DNA of 64,000 bases from Betaproteobacteria bacterium (GTDB lineage Bacteria; Pseudomonadota; Gammaproteobacteria; Burkholderiales; SG8-41): positions 3,243 through 67,242 of the forward strand of contig JBQTHU010000126.1 of assembly GCA_052389535.1 (NCBI GenBank), in the 5' to 3' direction. The notes beneath the pieces were generated by a model. The model was not told the origin of the DNA and did no database searches. It was given only the letters and a program-made list of their open reading frames with translations. The position numbers were made by a program, and so were the translations under genes. This document shows positions 11,685-25,686 of this stretch, piece after piece (position 1 is the first letter of the stretch; each line of letters starts with the position of its first letter).

Positions 11685-12824
11685 GTGAAAAAACTCATTA
11701 TATCGCTGATTTTGCTGTCGACTTCGGTGATGAACGCCTTTGCCGCCAGCAGCGCCGAGTTGCGTGACAACGCCCCCGACAGCTACACCGTGCAAAGGGG
11801 CGACACGTTGTGGGGCATTTCCGGGCGCTTCCTGAAGGAACCCTGGCGCTGGCCGGAAATCTGGAAGATGAATCAGGAGCAGATCCGCAATCCTCACCTC
11901 ATCTATCCCGGCGATGTCATCGTCCTCGATCGGGCCGGCATGCAACTGAGAATCTCGCGCGGGGATACCGTGCGGCTTTCCCCGAAAGTGCGCGTAGAGC
12001 CGCTCGCCGCCAAAGCGGTTCCCACGATTTCTCCCTCCGATATCGAGCCGTTCCTGTCCAAACCGCTGGTGGTCGGCGCGAATGAACTGGACAGCGCAGC
12101 CCGTATCATCGCAACCGAAGAAGACCGCGTCGCGCTGGGCGCGGGCGATGTCGCCTATGTCGAAGGTGTGACGAAAGAGCAAGGCAGTGTCTGGTCGATC
12201 TATCGCCGCGGCGATCCGCTTGTCGACCCGGACACGGACCAGACGCTCGGCTACGTCGCGATCTACGTCGGTGAGGCGCGCGTGCGGCATTTCGGCGAGG
12301 TGAGCAAGATCGAGATCACGCGCTCTGCGCAGGAAGTCTACAGCGGCGATCGTCTGCTGCCGGCGGCGAAGGAAGTGCCGGTGTTCTCCTACGTGCCGCG
12401 CGCACCGGCAAAGCAGGTCAAGGGCCGCATTGTCTCCACCTACGGTTCCCTGTTCGAGACCGGCCCGCGCTCGATCGTCGCCCTGTCCAAGGGCAGCGCC
12501 GACGGACTCGAAGTCGGCCACGTACTCGCGATCTACCGCAACCAGCCCGGCGCGCGCTATGCGTTACGCACATCCCCTTTGTGGGGGCGCGTCGGACCGA
12601 CCGGCGACGAGAGCCCGCGCGCGTACTACAGCGAGCAGCTCACGCCGCGTGACGCGTCCTTGTATCCCGAGCGGCGGAAGATCACTGAACTCGACCTTGC
12701 GAAGTTTCCCAGCGAGCGCTATGGGCTGCTCATGGTCTTTCGCACGTTCGACCGCGCCTCCTTCGCGCTGGTGATGGAAGCATCGCGTCAGGTCAGTCTC
12801 AACGACATCGTCGCCAACCCCTGA
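11685..12824 (+). CDS. LysM domain peptidoglycan-binding protein (secreted)
   Basis: LysM motif YTVQRGDTLWGISGRFL...IYPGDVIVL. I placed the start at the GTG at 11685, preceded by AAGGGGG. The signal peptide is VKKLIISLILLSTSVMNAFA. The position between def and dprA is conserved. Confidence 0.8.
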   Translation: MKKLIISLILLSTSVMNAFAASSAELRDNAPDSYTVQRGDTLWGISGRFLKEPWRWPEIWKMNQEQIRNPHLIYPGDVIVLDRAGMQLRISRGDTVRLSPKVRVEPLAAKAVPTISPSDIEPFLSKPLVVGANELDSAARIIATEEDRVALGAGDVAYVEGVTKEQGSVWSIYRRGDPLVDPDTDQTLGYVAIYVGEARVRHFGEVSKIEITRSAQEVYSGDRLLPAAKEVPVFSYVPRAPAKQVKGRIVSTYGSLFETGPRSIVALSKGSADGLEVGHVLAIYRNQPGARYALRTSPLWGRVGPTGDESPRAYYSEQLTPRDASLYPERRKITELDLAKFPSERYGLLMVFRTFDRASFALVMEASRQVSLNDIVANP

Positions 12825-12865
12825 TTCAGCCGCGGCGCGCAGCGCCGTTCGTTCCGACGCCCGCC

Positions 12866-13948
12866 ATGGGGCTCGATGCTGACCTCGAGCCTTGGCTGCG
12901 GCTGAGCCTGCTGCGCGGGCTCGGTGACGAAGGTTTCCGCCGGCTGCTGGTCGCGTTCGGCTCCCCCGATCGAATACTGGGTGCAGCCCATCACGAGCTT
13001 TCCAGGATCGTGTCCGCCGAAGTTGCACGCGCGATCGCCGGCGCCTCTGCGCCCGATGGCCTGCAGCAGGCCGCCGCGTGGCTCGCCGACCCCGCCAACC
13101 TCATCATCACGCTGGGCGATGTGCGCTACCCGCAGGCGCTGCTGCAGATCCCCGACCCGCCGCCGCTGGTTTACGTCAAGGGAAGCCCTGCGCTGCTCAA
13201 CACCCCGGCGCTCGCGATCGTGGGCAGCCGCAACGCCACCCCGCAAGGCGTGGCGCTGGCCGAGTCCTTCGCCACGACGCTGAGCGATGCCGGGCTCACC
13301 ATCGTGAGCGGTCTCGCGCTCGGCATCGATGCAGCCGCGCACCGCGGCGGACTCGCCGGCCGCTCACGCAGCATCGCCGTGGTGGGAACCGGCCTCGATG
13401 TGGTCTACCCCGCGCGCAATCGTGCGCTGGCGCACGCGGTGGCGCAAAGCGGCGCGCTGATGTCGGAGTTTCCTCTGGGGACCGGCGCGCTTGCAGGCAA
13501 CTTCCCGCGCCGCAACCGGCTGATCAGCGGCATCGCGCGCGGCTGCCTCGTAATCGAGGCAGCCGCTCAGAGCGGGTCCCTCATCACCGCGCGCCTTGCG
13601 AACGAACAGGGCCGCGAGGTATTCGCCGTTCCCGGCTCCGTTCATTCCCCGCTCTCGAAAGGCTGCCATCTCCTGATCAAGCAGGGGGCGAAGCTCGTGG
13701 AAAGCGCGCAGGACGTGCTCGAGGAACTCAACATGTCCGCTCCTCCAACGCGCTCGGCAGTTGCCGTGGTCGACGACGCGCGGACAGCGGCGCTGCTCGA
13801 GCATCTCGGGTTCGATCCCTGCGACGTGGACACCCTGATTTCGCGCAGCCGTCTCACGAGCGACGCCGTTTCGGCGCTGCTCACGCAACTGGAGATCGAG
13901 GGGCGCGTTGCCGCGCTGCCCGGCGGCAAATATCAGCGGCTGCGCTAA
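12866..13948 (+). CDS. dprA: DNA-processing protein DprA
   Basis: 360 aa. Rossmann-like core (LAIVGSRNATPQG, IVSGLALGIDAAAHRG, GSLITA) and a C-terminal winged-helix tail. Confidence 0.9.
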   Translation: MGLDADLEPWLRLSLLRGLGDEGFRRLLVAFGSPDRILGAAHHELSRIVSAEVARAIAGASAPDGLQQAAAWLADPANLIITLGDVRYPQALLQIPDPPPLVYVKGSPALLNTPALAIVGSRNATPQGVALAESFATTLSDAGLTIVSGLALGIDAAAHRGGLAGRSRSIAVVGTGLDVVYPARNRALAHAVAQSGALMSEFPLGTGALAGNFPRRNRLISGIARGCLVIEAAAQSGSLITARLANEQGREVFAVPGSVHSPLSKGCHLLIKQGAKLVESAQDVLEELNMSAPPTRSAVAVVDDARTAALLEHLGFDPCDVDTLISRSRLTSDAVSALLTQLEIEGRVAALPGGKYQRLR

Positions 13949-14108
13949 ACCTCTTCGCACGCAAGTGTTTCGCGCAAAGCGATTTTTTGCCGTTGTTGAA
14001 TTCGCGCTTGCGTCGCAAAACTTTTGTTCTTATTATCGTCCGCTCTTTTTGTTCGCGTTGCGCGAGCCTGACGCAGCGCGGCGTCTCTTCTCCTGATTTC
14101 ACGCGCTC

Positions 14109-20205
<6,097 letters not shown>

Positions 20206-20397
20206 GGTAGATGATTCTATTTAGTAAGGTTAATAAGGAGGGCTGTGCGCTGTGTAGAGCACGAATAAAGCTCAGAGATCATGACCCTGCGCATCAAACG
20301 TGCAGTGTGCATCTGCGTGACAGGCTGTGGAAGAAATGTGAGGCGTTTTAGCGGGAACGGTGGCGGCCTCATCTGTGCACAAACAATCCCCATGCCA

Positions 20398-21726
20398 TCA
20401 ACCGCGCAGCACCTTCAGGAGCGAGTTGATGTCGCGGGTGATGTCGGTGTTGGTGTTGCGCAGCAAAGCTACTCTGCGGCACGCGTGCAGCACAGTGGTG
20501 TGGTCGCGGCCACCGAATGCTTCCCCGATGTCAGGCAGGCTCAACTGTGTCAGTTCCTTGGCGAGCGCCATGGCGATCTGGCGCGGCCGCGCGACGTTGC
20601 GGCTGCGTTTCTTGGAATACATTTCCGACACCTTGATCTTGTAGTAGTCGGCGACGGTCTTCTGAATGTTTTCTATGGACACCTGGCGGCTCTGGATCGC
20701 GAGCAGGTCGCGCAGGGCGTCGCGACAGAGGTCAACGGAGATCTCCTGCCCGGAAAAGCGGGCGAAGGCGAGGATACGCTTGAGCCCGCCTTCCAGCTCT
20801 CGTACGTTGGACTGGATGTGCTTTGCCAGGAAAAAAGCGACGTTTTCGTCCAGTGATACAGTCTCCGCTTCGGCCTTCTTCAGCAGAATCGCAACGCGCA
20901 TCTCCAACTCGGGGGGCTCGACGGCCACGGTAAGGCCCCAGCCAAAACGCGAGATCAGGCGGTTTTCGATGCCGGAAATTTCCTTCGGGTAGGTGTCACA
21001 GGTGATGACCACCTGCTTGTGGGACTCGATGAGCGCGTTGAAGGCGTAAAAGAATTCCTCCTGCGTACGGCTCTTGCCACTGAAAAACTGGATGTCATCG
21101 ATGAGCAGCAGATCAAGCGAGTGGTAGTAGCGCTTGAAGTCGTCGAAAGCCTTGTGCTGGTAGGCGCGCACTACGTCCGAGACATACTGCTCGGCATGGA
21201 TGTAGCGAATCTTGCTCTCGGGGGCGCGCGCGTGTAGCGCATTTCCGATCGCCTGGATAAGATGGGTTTTACCGAGACCCACACCGCCGTAGATGAAAAG
21301 CGGGTTGTATGCCGTGCCCGGCCGCTCCGCTACCTGAGTGGCGGCCGCGCGCGCAAGTTCATTGGCTTTGCCGGTGACGAAGGTCTCGAAGGTAAACGCC
21401 GGGTTGAGCCGCGAGATATCGCGCGGCATCGCTCGGGACGGCGTCGGGGCTTCGGCTGCAGGCGGAGCGGCAGTCTCCACCCCGGCGCCTTTGTCAGCCA
21501 GCAACAGCCTGATCTCGACCGGGCGATCGAAGTGGCTTGCGGCGAGCATCTGTATGCGTTCCAGAAAGCGGTCGCGTATCCATTGCAGCACGAACCGGTT
21601 CGGCGCTATCAGCGTCAGAACATTCCCGTCCGCGTTTACCTTGAGCGGGCGGATCCAGGTGCGGAATTGCTGCGTGGGAAGCTCTTTCTCGAAGTGGGAA
21701 AGACAGTAACGCCAGAAGCCGTTCAT
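20398..21726 (-). CDS. dnaA: chromosomal replication initiator DnaA
   Basis: 442 aa. Walker [11 protein letters not shown], box VII and the C-terminal DNA-binding helix ([11 protein letters not shown]). Confidence 0.97.
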   Translation of the reverse strand: MNGFWRYCLSHFEKELPTQQFRTWIRPLKVNADGNVLTLIAPNRFVLQWIRDRFLERIQMLAASHFDRPVEIRLLLADKGAGVETAAPPAAEAPTPSRAMPRDISRLNPAFTFETFVTGKANELARAAATQVAERPGTAYNPLFIYGGVGLGKTHLIQAIGNALHARAPESKIRYIHAEQYVSDVVRAYQHKAFDDFKRYYHSLDLLLIDDIQFFSGKSRTQEEFFYAFNALIESHKQVVITCDTYPKEISGIENRLISRFGWGLTVAVEPPELEMRVAILLKKAEAETVSLDENVAFFLAKHIQSNVRELEGGLKRILAFARFSGQEISVDLCRDALRDLLAIQSRQVSIENIQKTVADYYKIKVSEMYSKKRSRNVARPRQIAMALAKELTQLSLPDIGEAFGGRDHTTVLHACRRVALLRNTNTDITRDINSLLKVLRG

Positions 21727-21780
21727 GTGAGGCGATAAAAGTTATTGTTCGCCCGTGGAGGAGAGCAGAATCACCTGTGA

Positions 21781-21809
21781 ATTTTAGCCGTTTCGGCCCC
21801 GGTTATCCA
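21781..21809 (-). promoter_or_regulatory. candidate sigma70 promoter of dnaA (-35 TGGATA overlapping the DnaA box, 17-nt spacer, -10 TAAAAT)
   Basis: On the minus strand the sequence reads TGGATA-N17-TAAAAT, about 50 nt upstream of the dnaA ATG. This rests on hexamer similarity only. Confidence 0.35.
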
Positions 21810-21811
21810 CA
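21803..21811. promoter_or_regulatory. perfect DnaA box TTATCCACA in the dnaA-rpmH divergent spacer
   Basis: The exact 9-mer TTATCCACA was read directly at 21803-21811. Confidence 0.7.
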
Positions 21812-21846
21812 ACAAATAAGGCACTGCCCGTATCGCGGGCTCCGAT

Positions 21847-21876
21847 TTGACACGATGTTCCCGCAAAGGGTGTAAT
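21847..21876 (+). promoter_or_regulatory. candidate sigma70 promoter of rpmH-rnpA (-35 TTGACA, 18-nt spacer, -10 TGTAAT)
   Basis: TTGACA at 21847-21852 and TGTAAT at 21871-21876, about 37 nt upstream of the rpmH ATG. Confidence 0.5.
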
Positions 21877-21912
21877 AGCGAGTTTTTTCTACTCAGCAAA
21901 GGCCGTTTCCCC

Positions 21913-22047
21913 ATGAAACGAACGTATCAGCCGTCGAAGACGCGGCGCAAGCGTACGCACGGATTTCGCGCGCGGATGAAGACGCGTGGCGGGCGGGCGG
22001 TTATCCGCGCGCGCCGCGCGAAGGGGCGGGCTCGACTGGCAGCGTAA
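21913..22047 (+). CDS. rpmH: 50S ribosomal protein L34
   Basis: [44 protein letters not shown], 44 aa, the canonical L34 sequence. Confidence 0.95.
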   Translation: MKRTYQPSKTRRKRTHGFRARMKTRGGRAVIRARRAKGRARLAA

Positions 22048-22118
22048 GTTGCGGGAACGGATTCCTGTCACAGCGCAGCCGCACGCGTAAACTCTCCGGA
22101 CGCAAGGAGTTCGGACGG

Positions 22119-22430
22119 GTGCTCGGCCAGGGTCAGGTTACCGCCGGCCGGTACTTCGTTATCCGTTCGTGCCCCAACGAACGCGACAGCGCGCGGCTCG
22201 GAATAGTGGCTGCGCGAAAGGCCATACGGAGGGCGATAGACCGGAACACGAGCAAGCGGCTCGTGCGGGAAGCGTTCCGGCGCCATGAAGCCGGTCTGGC
22301 GGGATTTGATGTCGTCGTATTATGTCGCACGCCTGTAGCGGGCAAGCAGCGCGCGCTGGCCCGGGCTGAGTTGAGCCGCCTGTTGCCCGCAATGAGTCGA
22401 AACGGAAAACTGCAAGGCAATAGCGCATAA
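22119..22430 (+). CDS. rnpA: ribonuclease P protein component (conservative coordinates; true start probably upstream, possibly CTG at 22065)
   Basis: RnpA-like basic protein directly after rpmH. The in-frame upstream residues (SQRSRTRKLSGRKEFGRV) still resemble the RnpA N-terminus but contain no ATG, GTG or TTG. Confidence 0.85.
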   Translation: MLGQGQVTAGRYFVIRSCPNERDSARLGIVAARKAIRRAIDRNTSKRLVREAFRRHEAGLAGFDVVVLCRTPVAGKQRALARAELSRLLPAMSRNGKLQGNSA

Positions 22431-22501
22431 CGCATTGCGCTAAAAGCCAACCATAAGAGCCCTCCCACCGCACTGCGCGGGGTATGGAGGGGAAAGCCGT
22501 C

Positions 22502-24160
22502 ATGGATTCACAACGCCTGATCCTCTTTTTTGTATTCTCGGTTTCGCTGTTCCTCCTGCTGGACGCGTGGCAGCGGGACCAGCAGCCACAAAAGCTGCAA
22601 CCGGTCCAGCAAAGCGATAAACAGCCGCCTGCAGCCTCACCCGTGGTTCCGACACCGAGCGAGAAGCTGCTCGCAACGCAGGAACCGAAAGCTCCGGAGA
22701 GCCCGGCTGCGGTGCCAGGCGGCGAGACGATCAAGGTGGAGACGGACATACTGCGCGCGGAAATCAGCATGGTGGGCGGCGATCTGCGCCGCCTGGAATT
22801 TACCCGCCATCGGGACGCCCTCGGGAAGGGGCAGAGTTTCGTGCTGTTCGAAAGCTCGCCGGCGCGCACCTACGTCGCGCAGAGCGGCCTGATAGGCAAC
22901 GGCCTGCCCAATCACCGCACGCCGTATTCTGCGCCGGCACGTCAGTATGTGCTTGCACCGGGGAATGACGTTGTGGAAGTGAGAATGCAGGCGGAGGTCG
23001 CGGATGGCGTCTCCGCCGCGAAAATCTTCCGGTTCCGGCGCGGCAGCTACGTCATCGAGGTCGCGCACGAACTGACTAACAAAAGCGCGACGCCGATCCA
23101 GCCCTTCGCCTACTTCCAGTTGGTGCGCGACGGCAAGCCTCCGGAGGGAGACTCCGCGATGTTGCCCACGTATACCGGCGCTGCCGTGTATACCGACAAA
23201 GAGAAGTTCCAGAAAGTCGATTTCAGCGACATCGACAAAGGGAAGACCCCATACCCCAAGAACACCAATGACGGCTGGATCGCCATATTGCAGCATTATT
23301 TTCTGAGCGCGTGGCTGCCCAAGAACGGCACGCCACGCGAGTTCTATACCCGCAAGCTGGAGGGCGGGCTTTATGCGGTCGGGGTGATATTGCCCGCGGG
23401 CGCCGTCGAGCCCGGCAAAACGGTGGCCGTCGCCACCCCCTTGTATGCCGGGCCGCAGGAGCAGGACAAGCTCGCGAATCTTGCGCCCGGCCTGGATCTC
23501 ACCGTCGATTACGGGTGGCTGACCATCATCGCGGTGCCGCTGTTCTGGGTGCTCGCACTGTTCTACCAGTGGGTCGGTAACTGGGGTGTGGCGATCATTC
23601 TGCTCACCATACTCATCAAGCTGATTTTCTATCCTTTGTCGGAAGCAAGCTACCGCTCCATGGCGAAAATGCGCGTACTCGCGCCGAAAATGCAGCGGCT
23701 CAAGGAACAATACGGCAACGACCGGCAGCGCATGCAGCAAGCGATGATGGAGCTTTACAAAACCGAGAAGATCAATCCGCTGGGAGGCTGCCTGCCCATC
23801 ATCGTGCAGATTCCGGTGTTTATCGCCCTCTACTGGGTGCTGCTCGCGAGCGTGGAGCTGCGGCAGGCGCCGTTCGTGTGGTGGATCAAGGATCTCGCGT
23901 CGCCCGATCCGTGGTTCGTGCTGCCTGTCCTGATGGGCGCCACGATGATCATACAGACCAAGCTCAACCCCGAGCCGCCCGATCCCGTGCAGGCCAAAGT
24001 CATGAAGATCATGCCGATCGCCTTCAGCATTTTCTTCTTCTTCTTTCCCGCGGGGCTGGTGCTTTACTGGCTGGTGAACAACGTGCTTTCCATCGCGCAG
24101 CAGTGGCATATCAACCGCGTGCTGGAGCGCGCGGTCGCCAAGTCCTCAGCCAGGACGTAA
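22502..24160 (+). CDS. yidC: membrane protein insertase YidC
   Basis: N-terminal transmembrane segment, a large periplasmic domain and the conserved C-terminal core (MQRLKEQYGNDRQRMQQAMMELYKTEKINPLGGCLP). The start is the ATG at 22502. Confidence 0.95.
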   Translation: MDSQRLILFFVFSVSLFLLLDAWQRDQQPQKLQPVQQSDKQPPAASPVVPTPSEKLLATQEPKAPESPAAVPGGETIKVETDILRAEISMVGGDLRRLEFTRHRDALGKGQSFVLFESSPARTYVAQSGLIGNGLPNHRTPYSAPARQYVLAPGNDVVEVRMQAEVADGVSAAKIFRFRRGSYVIEVAHELTNKSATPIQPFAYFQLVRDGKPPEGDSAMLPTYTGAAVYTDKEKFQKVDFSDIDKGKTPYPKNTNDGWIAILQHYFLSAWLPKNGTPREFYTRKLEGGLYAVGVILPAGAVEPGKTVAVATPLYAGPQEQDKLANLAPGLDLTVDYGWLTIIAVPLFWVLALFYQWVGNWGVAIILLTILIKLIFYPLSEASYRSMAKMRVLAPKMQRLKEQYGNDRQRMQQAMMELYKTEKINPLGGCLPIIVQIPVFIALYWVLLASVELRQAPFVWWIKDLASPDPWFVLPVLMGATMIIQTKLNPEPPDPVQAKVMKIMPIAFSIFFFFFPAGLVLYWLVNNVLSIAQQWHINRVLERAVAKSSART

Positions 24161-24185
24161 CCTCGCGCGCGTATACTCGCGCCCC

Positions 24186-25526
24186 ATGCTGGAAAGCGAC
24201 ACGATTGCCGCGATAGCAACCGCACCGGGGCGCAGCGGGATCGGCATCGTCCGGGTGTCGGGACCAGGCGTCCGGCACATCATCTCGCAAATCGTGTCCC
24301 GACCCGTAACGCCCCGGCGCGCCGTATTCGCGGAATTCGTGGACGCCGCGGGAGCCACCATGGACTCCGGTATCGCGCTTTTCTTTCCGACGCCGGGGTC
24401 CTACACCGGCGAGGACGTGCTTGAGCTGCAGGGCCACGGCGGGCCCGTTGTATTGGGCATGCTGCTCGAGCGTTGCGTCAGTCTGGGTGCGCGGGTTGCC
24501 GAGCCCGGAGAGTTTACCCGCCGCGCGTTCCTCAACGGCAGAATGGACTTGGCACAGGCGGAGGCAGTGATCGACCTTATCGATGCCGCGACCAGCACTG
24601 CGGCACGCTCGGCCATACGCTCCGTGAGCGGCCAGTTTTCTCAACTAATTCAATCTCTTGTATCAGAACTACGCGACACGCGGGTACTGGTGGAGGCCAC
24701 GCTCGATTTCCCGGAAGAGGACGTGGAGGACGTGCACCGGGATGACCTTTGCAAGCGGCTCGATGCGTTGGGCGGCAAGCTCGACAATCTGCTGCAGGCA
24801 GCGCAGCAAGGCAGCTTGCTGCGAGACGGCGTTCACATCGTGCTCGCCGGCCCGCCGAACGCCGGTAAATCGAGCCTGCTCAACCAGCTCGCCGGGCAGG
24901 AGCTCGCCATCGTCACCGAAATCCCGGGGACCACACGCGATACCATCCGCGAGGTGATAGACCTCAGCGGCGTTCCGGCATACATCATCGACACGGCCGG
25001 TTTACGCGCCCCGCGCGACCCCGTAGAAGCGATCGGTGTGCGCCGCACGCGCGCGGCGGTCGAGAAAGCGGACCTCGTGTTATGGGTAGTGGATGCCGCA
25101 GCCCCGGCCGCGGGGGGGCCTGCCGAGCCCGACGAGCCGCTGCCGGAAGGCGTCCCGCAAATGCGGGTTATGAACAAAATAGACCTGATCGACCGCACTG
25201 CGGGAGTCGAGCGGCACGGCGCCGAAACGGTAGTGTGGCTGTCCGCAAAAACGGGCGCGGGCATCGAGGTGCTCCGCGAATCGCTGCTGCATCAATTGGG
25301 ATGGCGGGGGACCGGAGAGGGCGTCGTCCTCGCGCGGGCACGCCACCTGGAGTCATTACGGACGGCACGCGAGCGGGTGGCGCGTGCCAGCCGTCAGCTC
25401 GGTCAGGTTGAGCTGCTGGCCGAGGAACTCCGCCTCGCGGACGATGCGCTGGGTGCAATAGTCGGGCGGACTACGCCCGATGAGCTGCTCGGCGAAATCT
25501 TTGCCCGCTTCTGCCTGGGCAAGTGA
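24186..25526 (+). CDS. mnmE: tRNA modification GTPase MnmE
   Basis: DTIAAIATAPG N-terminus, G-domain GPPNAGKSSLLN and DTAGLR, and the C-terminal FCLGK motif. Confidence 0.95.
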   Translation: MLESDTIAAIATAPGRSGIGIVRVSGPGVRHIISQIVSRPVTPRRAVFAEFVDAAGATMDSGIALFFPTPGSYTGEDVLELQGHGGPVVLGMLLERCVSLGARVAEPGEFTRRAFLNGRMDLAQAEAVIDLIDAATSTAARSAIRSVSGQFSQLIQSLVSELRDTRVLVEATLDFPEEDVEDVHRDDLCKRLDALGGKLDNLLQAAQQGSLLRDGVHIVLAGPPNAGKSSLLNQLAGQELAIVTEIPGTTRDTIREVIDLSGVPAYIIDTAGLRAPRDPVEAIGVRRTRAAVEKADLVLWVVDAAAPAAGGPAEPDEPLPEGVPQMRVMNKIDLIDRTAGVERHGAETVVWLSAKTGAGIEVLRESLLHQLGWRGTGEGVVLARARHLESLRTARERVARASRQLGQVELLAEELRLADDALGAIVGRTTPDELLGEIFARFCLGK

Positions 25527-25529
25527 CAA

Positions 25530-25545
25530 GGTTTCACGTGGAACC
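25530..25545. promoter_or_regulatory. parS-type ParB binding site (GGTTTCACGTGGAACC)
   Basis: 14 of 16 matches to the chromosomal parS consensus TGTTNCACGTGNAACA. It begins 4 nt after the mnmE stop, 2.6 kb upstream of parAB. Confidence 0.7.
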
Positions 25546-25619
25546 GCGGTCGCCGGACTAACGCTCGTTGCGAGATACGCGGAAGCGCTCGGCGGTCGTC
25601 GGATAGCACGACCAGGCAA

Positions 25620-25635
25620 TGTTTCACGTGGAACT
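25620..25635. promoter_or_regulatory. parS-type ParB binding site (TGTTTCACGTGGAACT)
   Basis: 15 of 16 matches to TGTTNCACGTGNAACA. The 14-nt core GTTTCACGTGGAAC is identical to the site 90 bp upstream. Confidence 0.75.
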
Positions 25636-25686
25636 ACAAGTCGAATTGCGTTATGATGCGCCATCCAGGGCGACGTACAACTTCAA

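Noticed and set aside
25629-25650. A sigma-54 promoter look-alike, TGGAAC...TTGC, overlapping the second parS.
   Set aside because: The GG-to-GC spacing is about 6 nt longer than in the TGGCAC-N5-TTGC consensus.
25527-25686. The spacer upstream of mnmG (gidA) as an E. coli-style gidA-adjacent oriC.
   Set aside because: I found no sequence within 2 mismatches of TTATNCACA and no A+T-rich tract. The conspicuous 14-nt direct repeat matches parS, not DnaA boxes.
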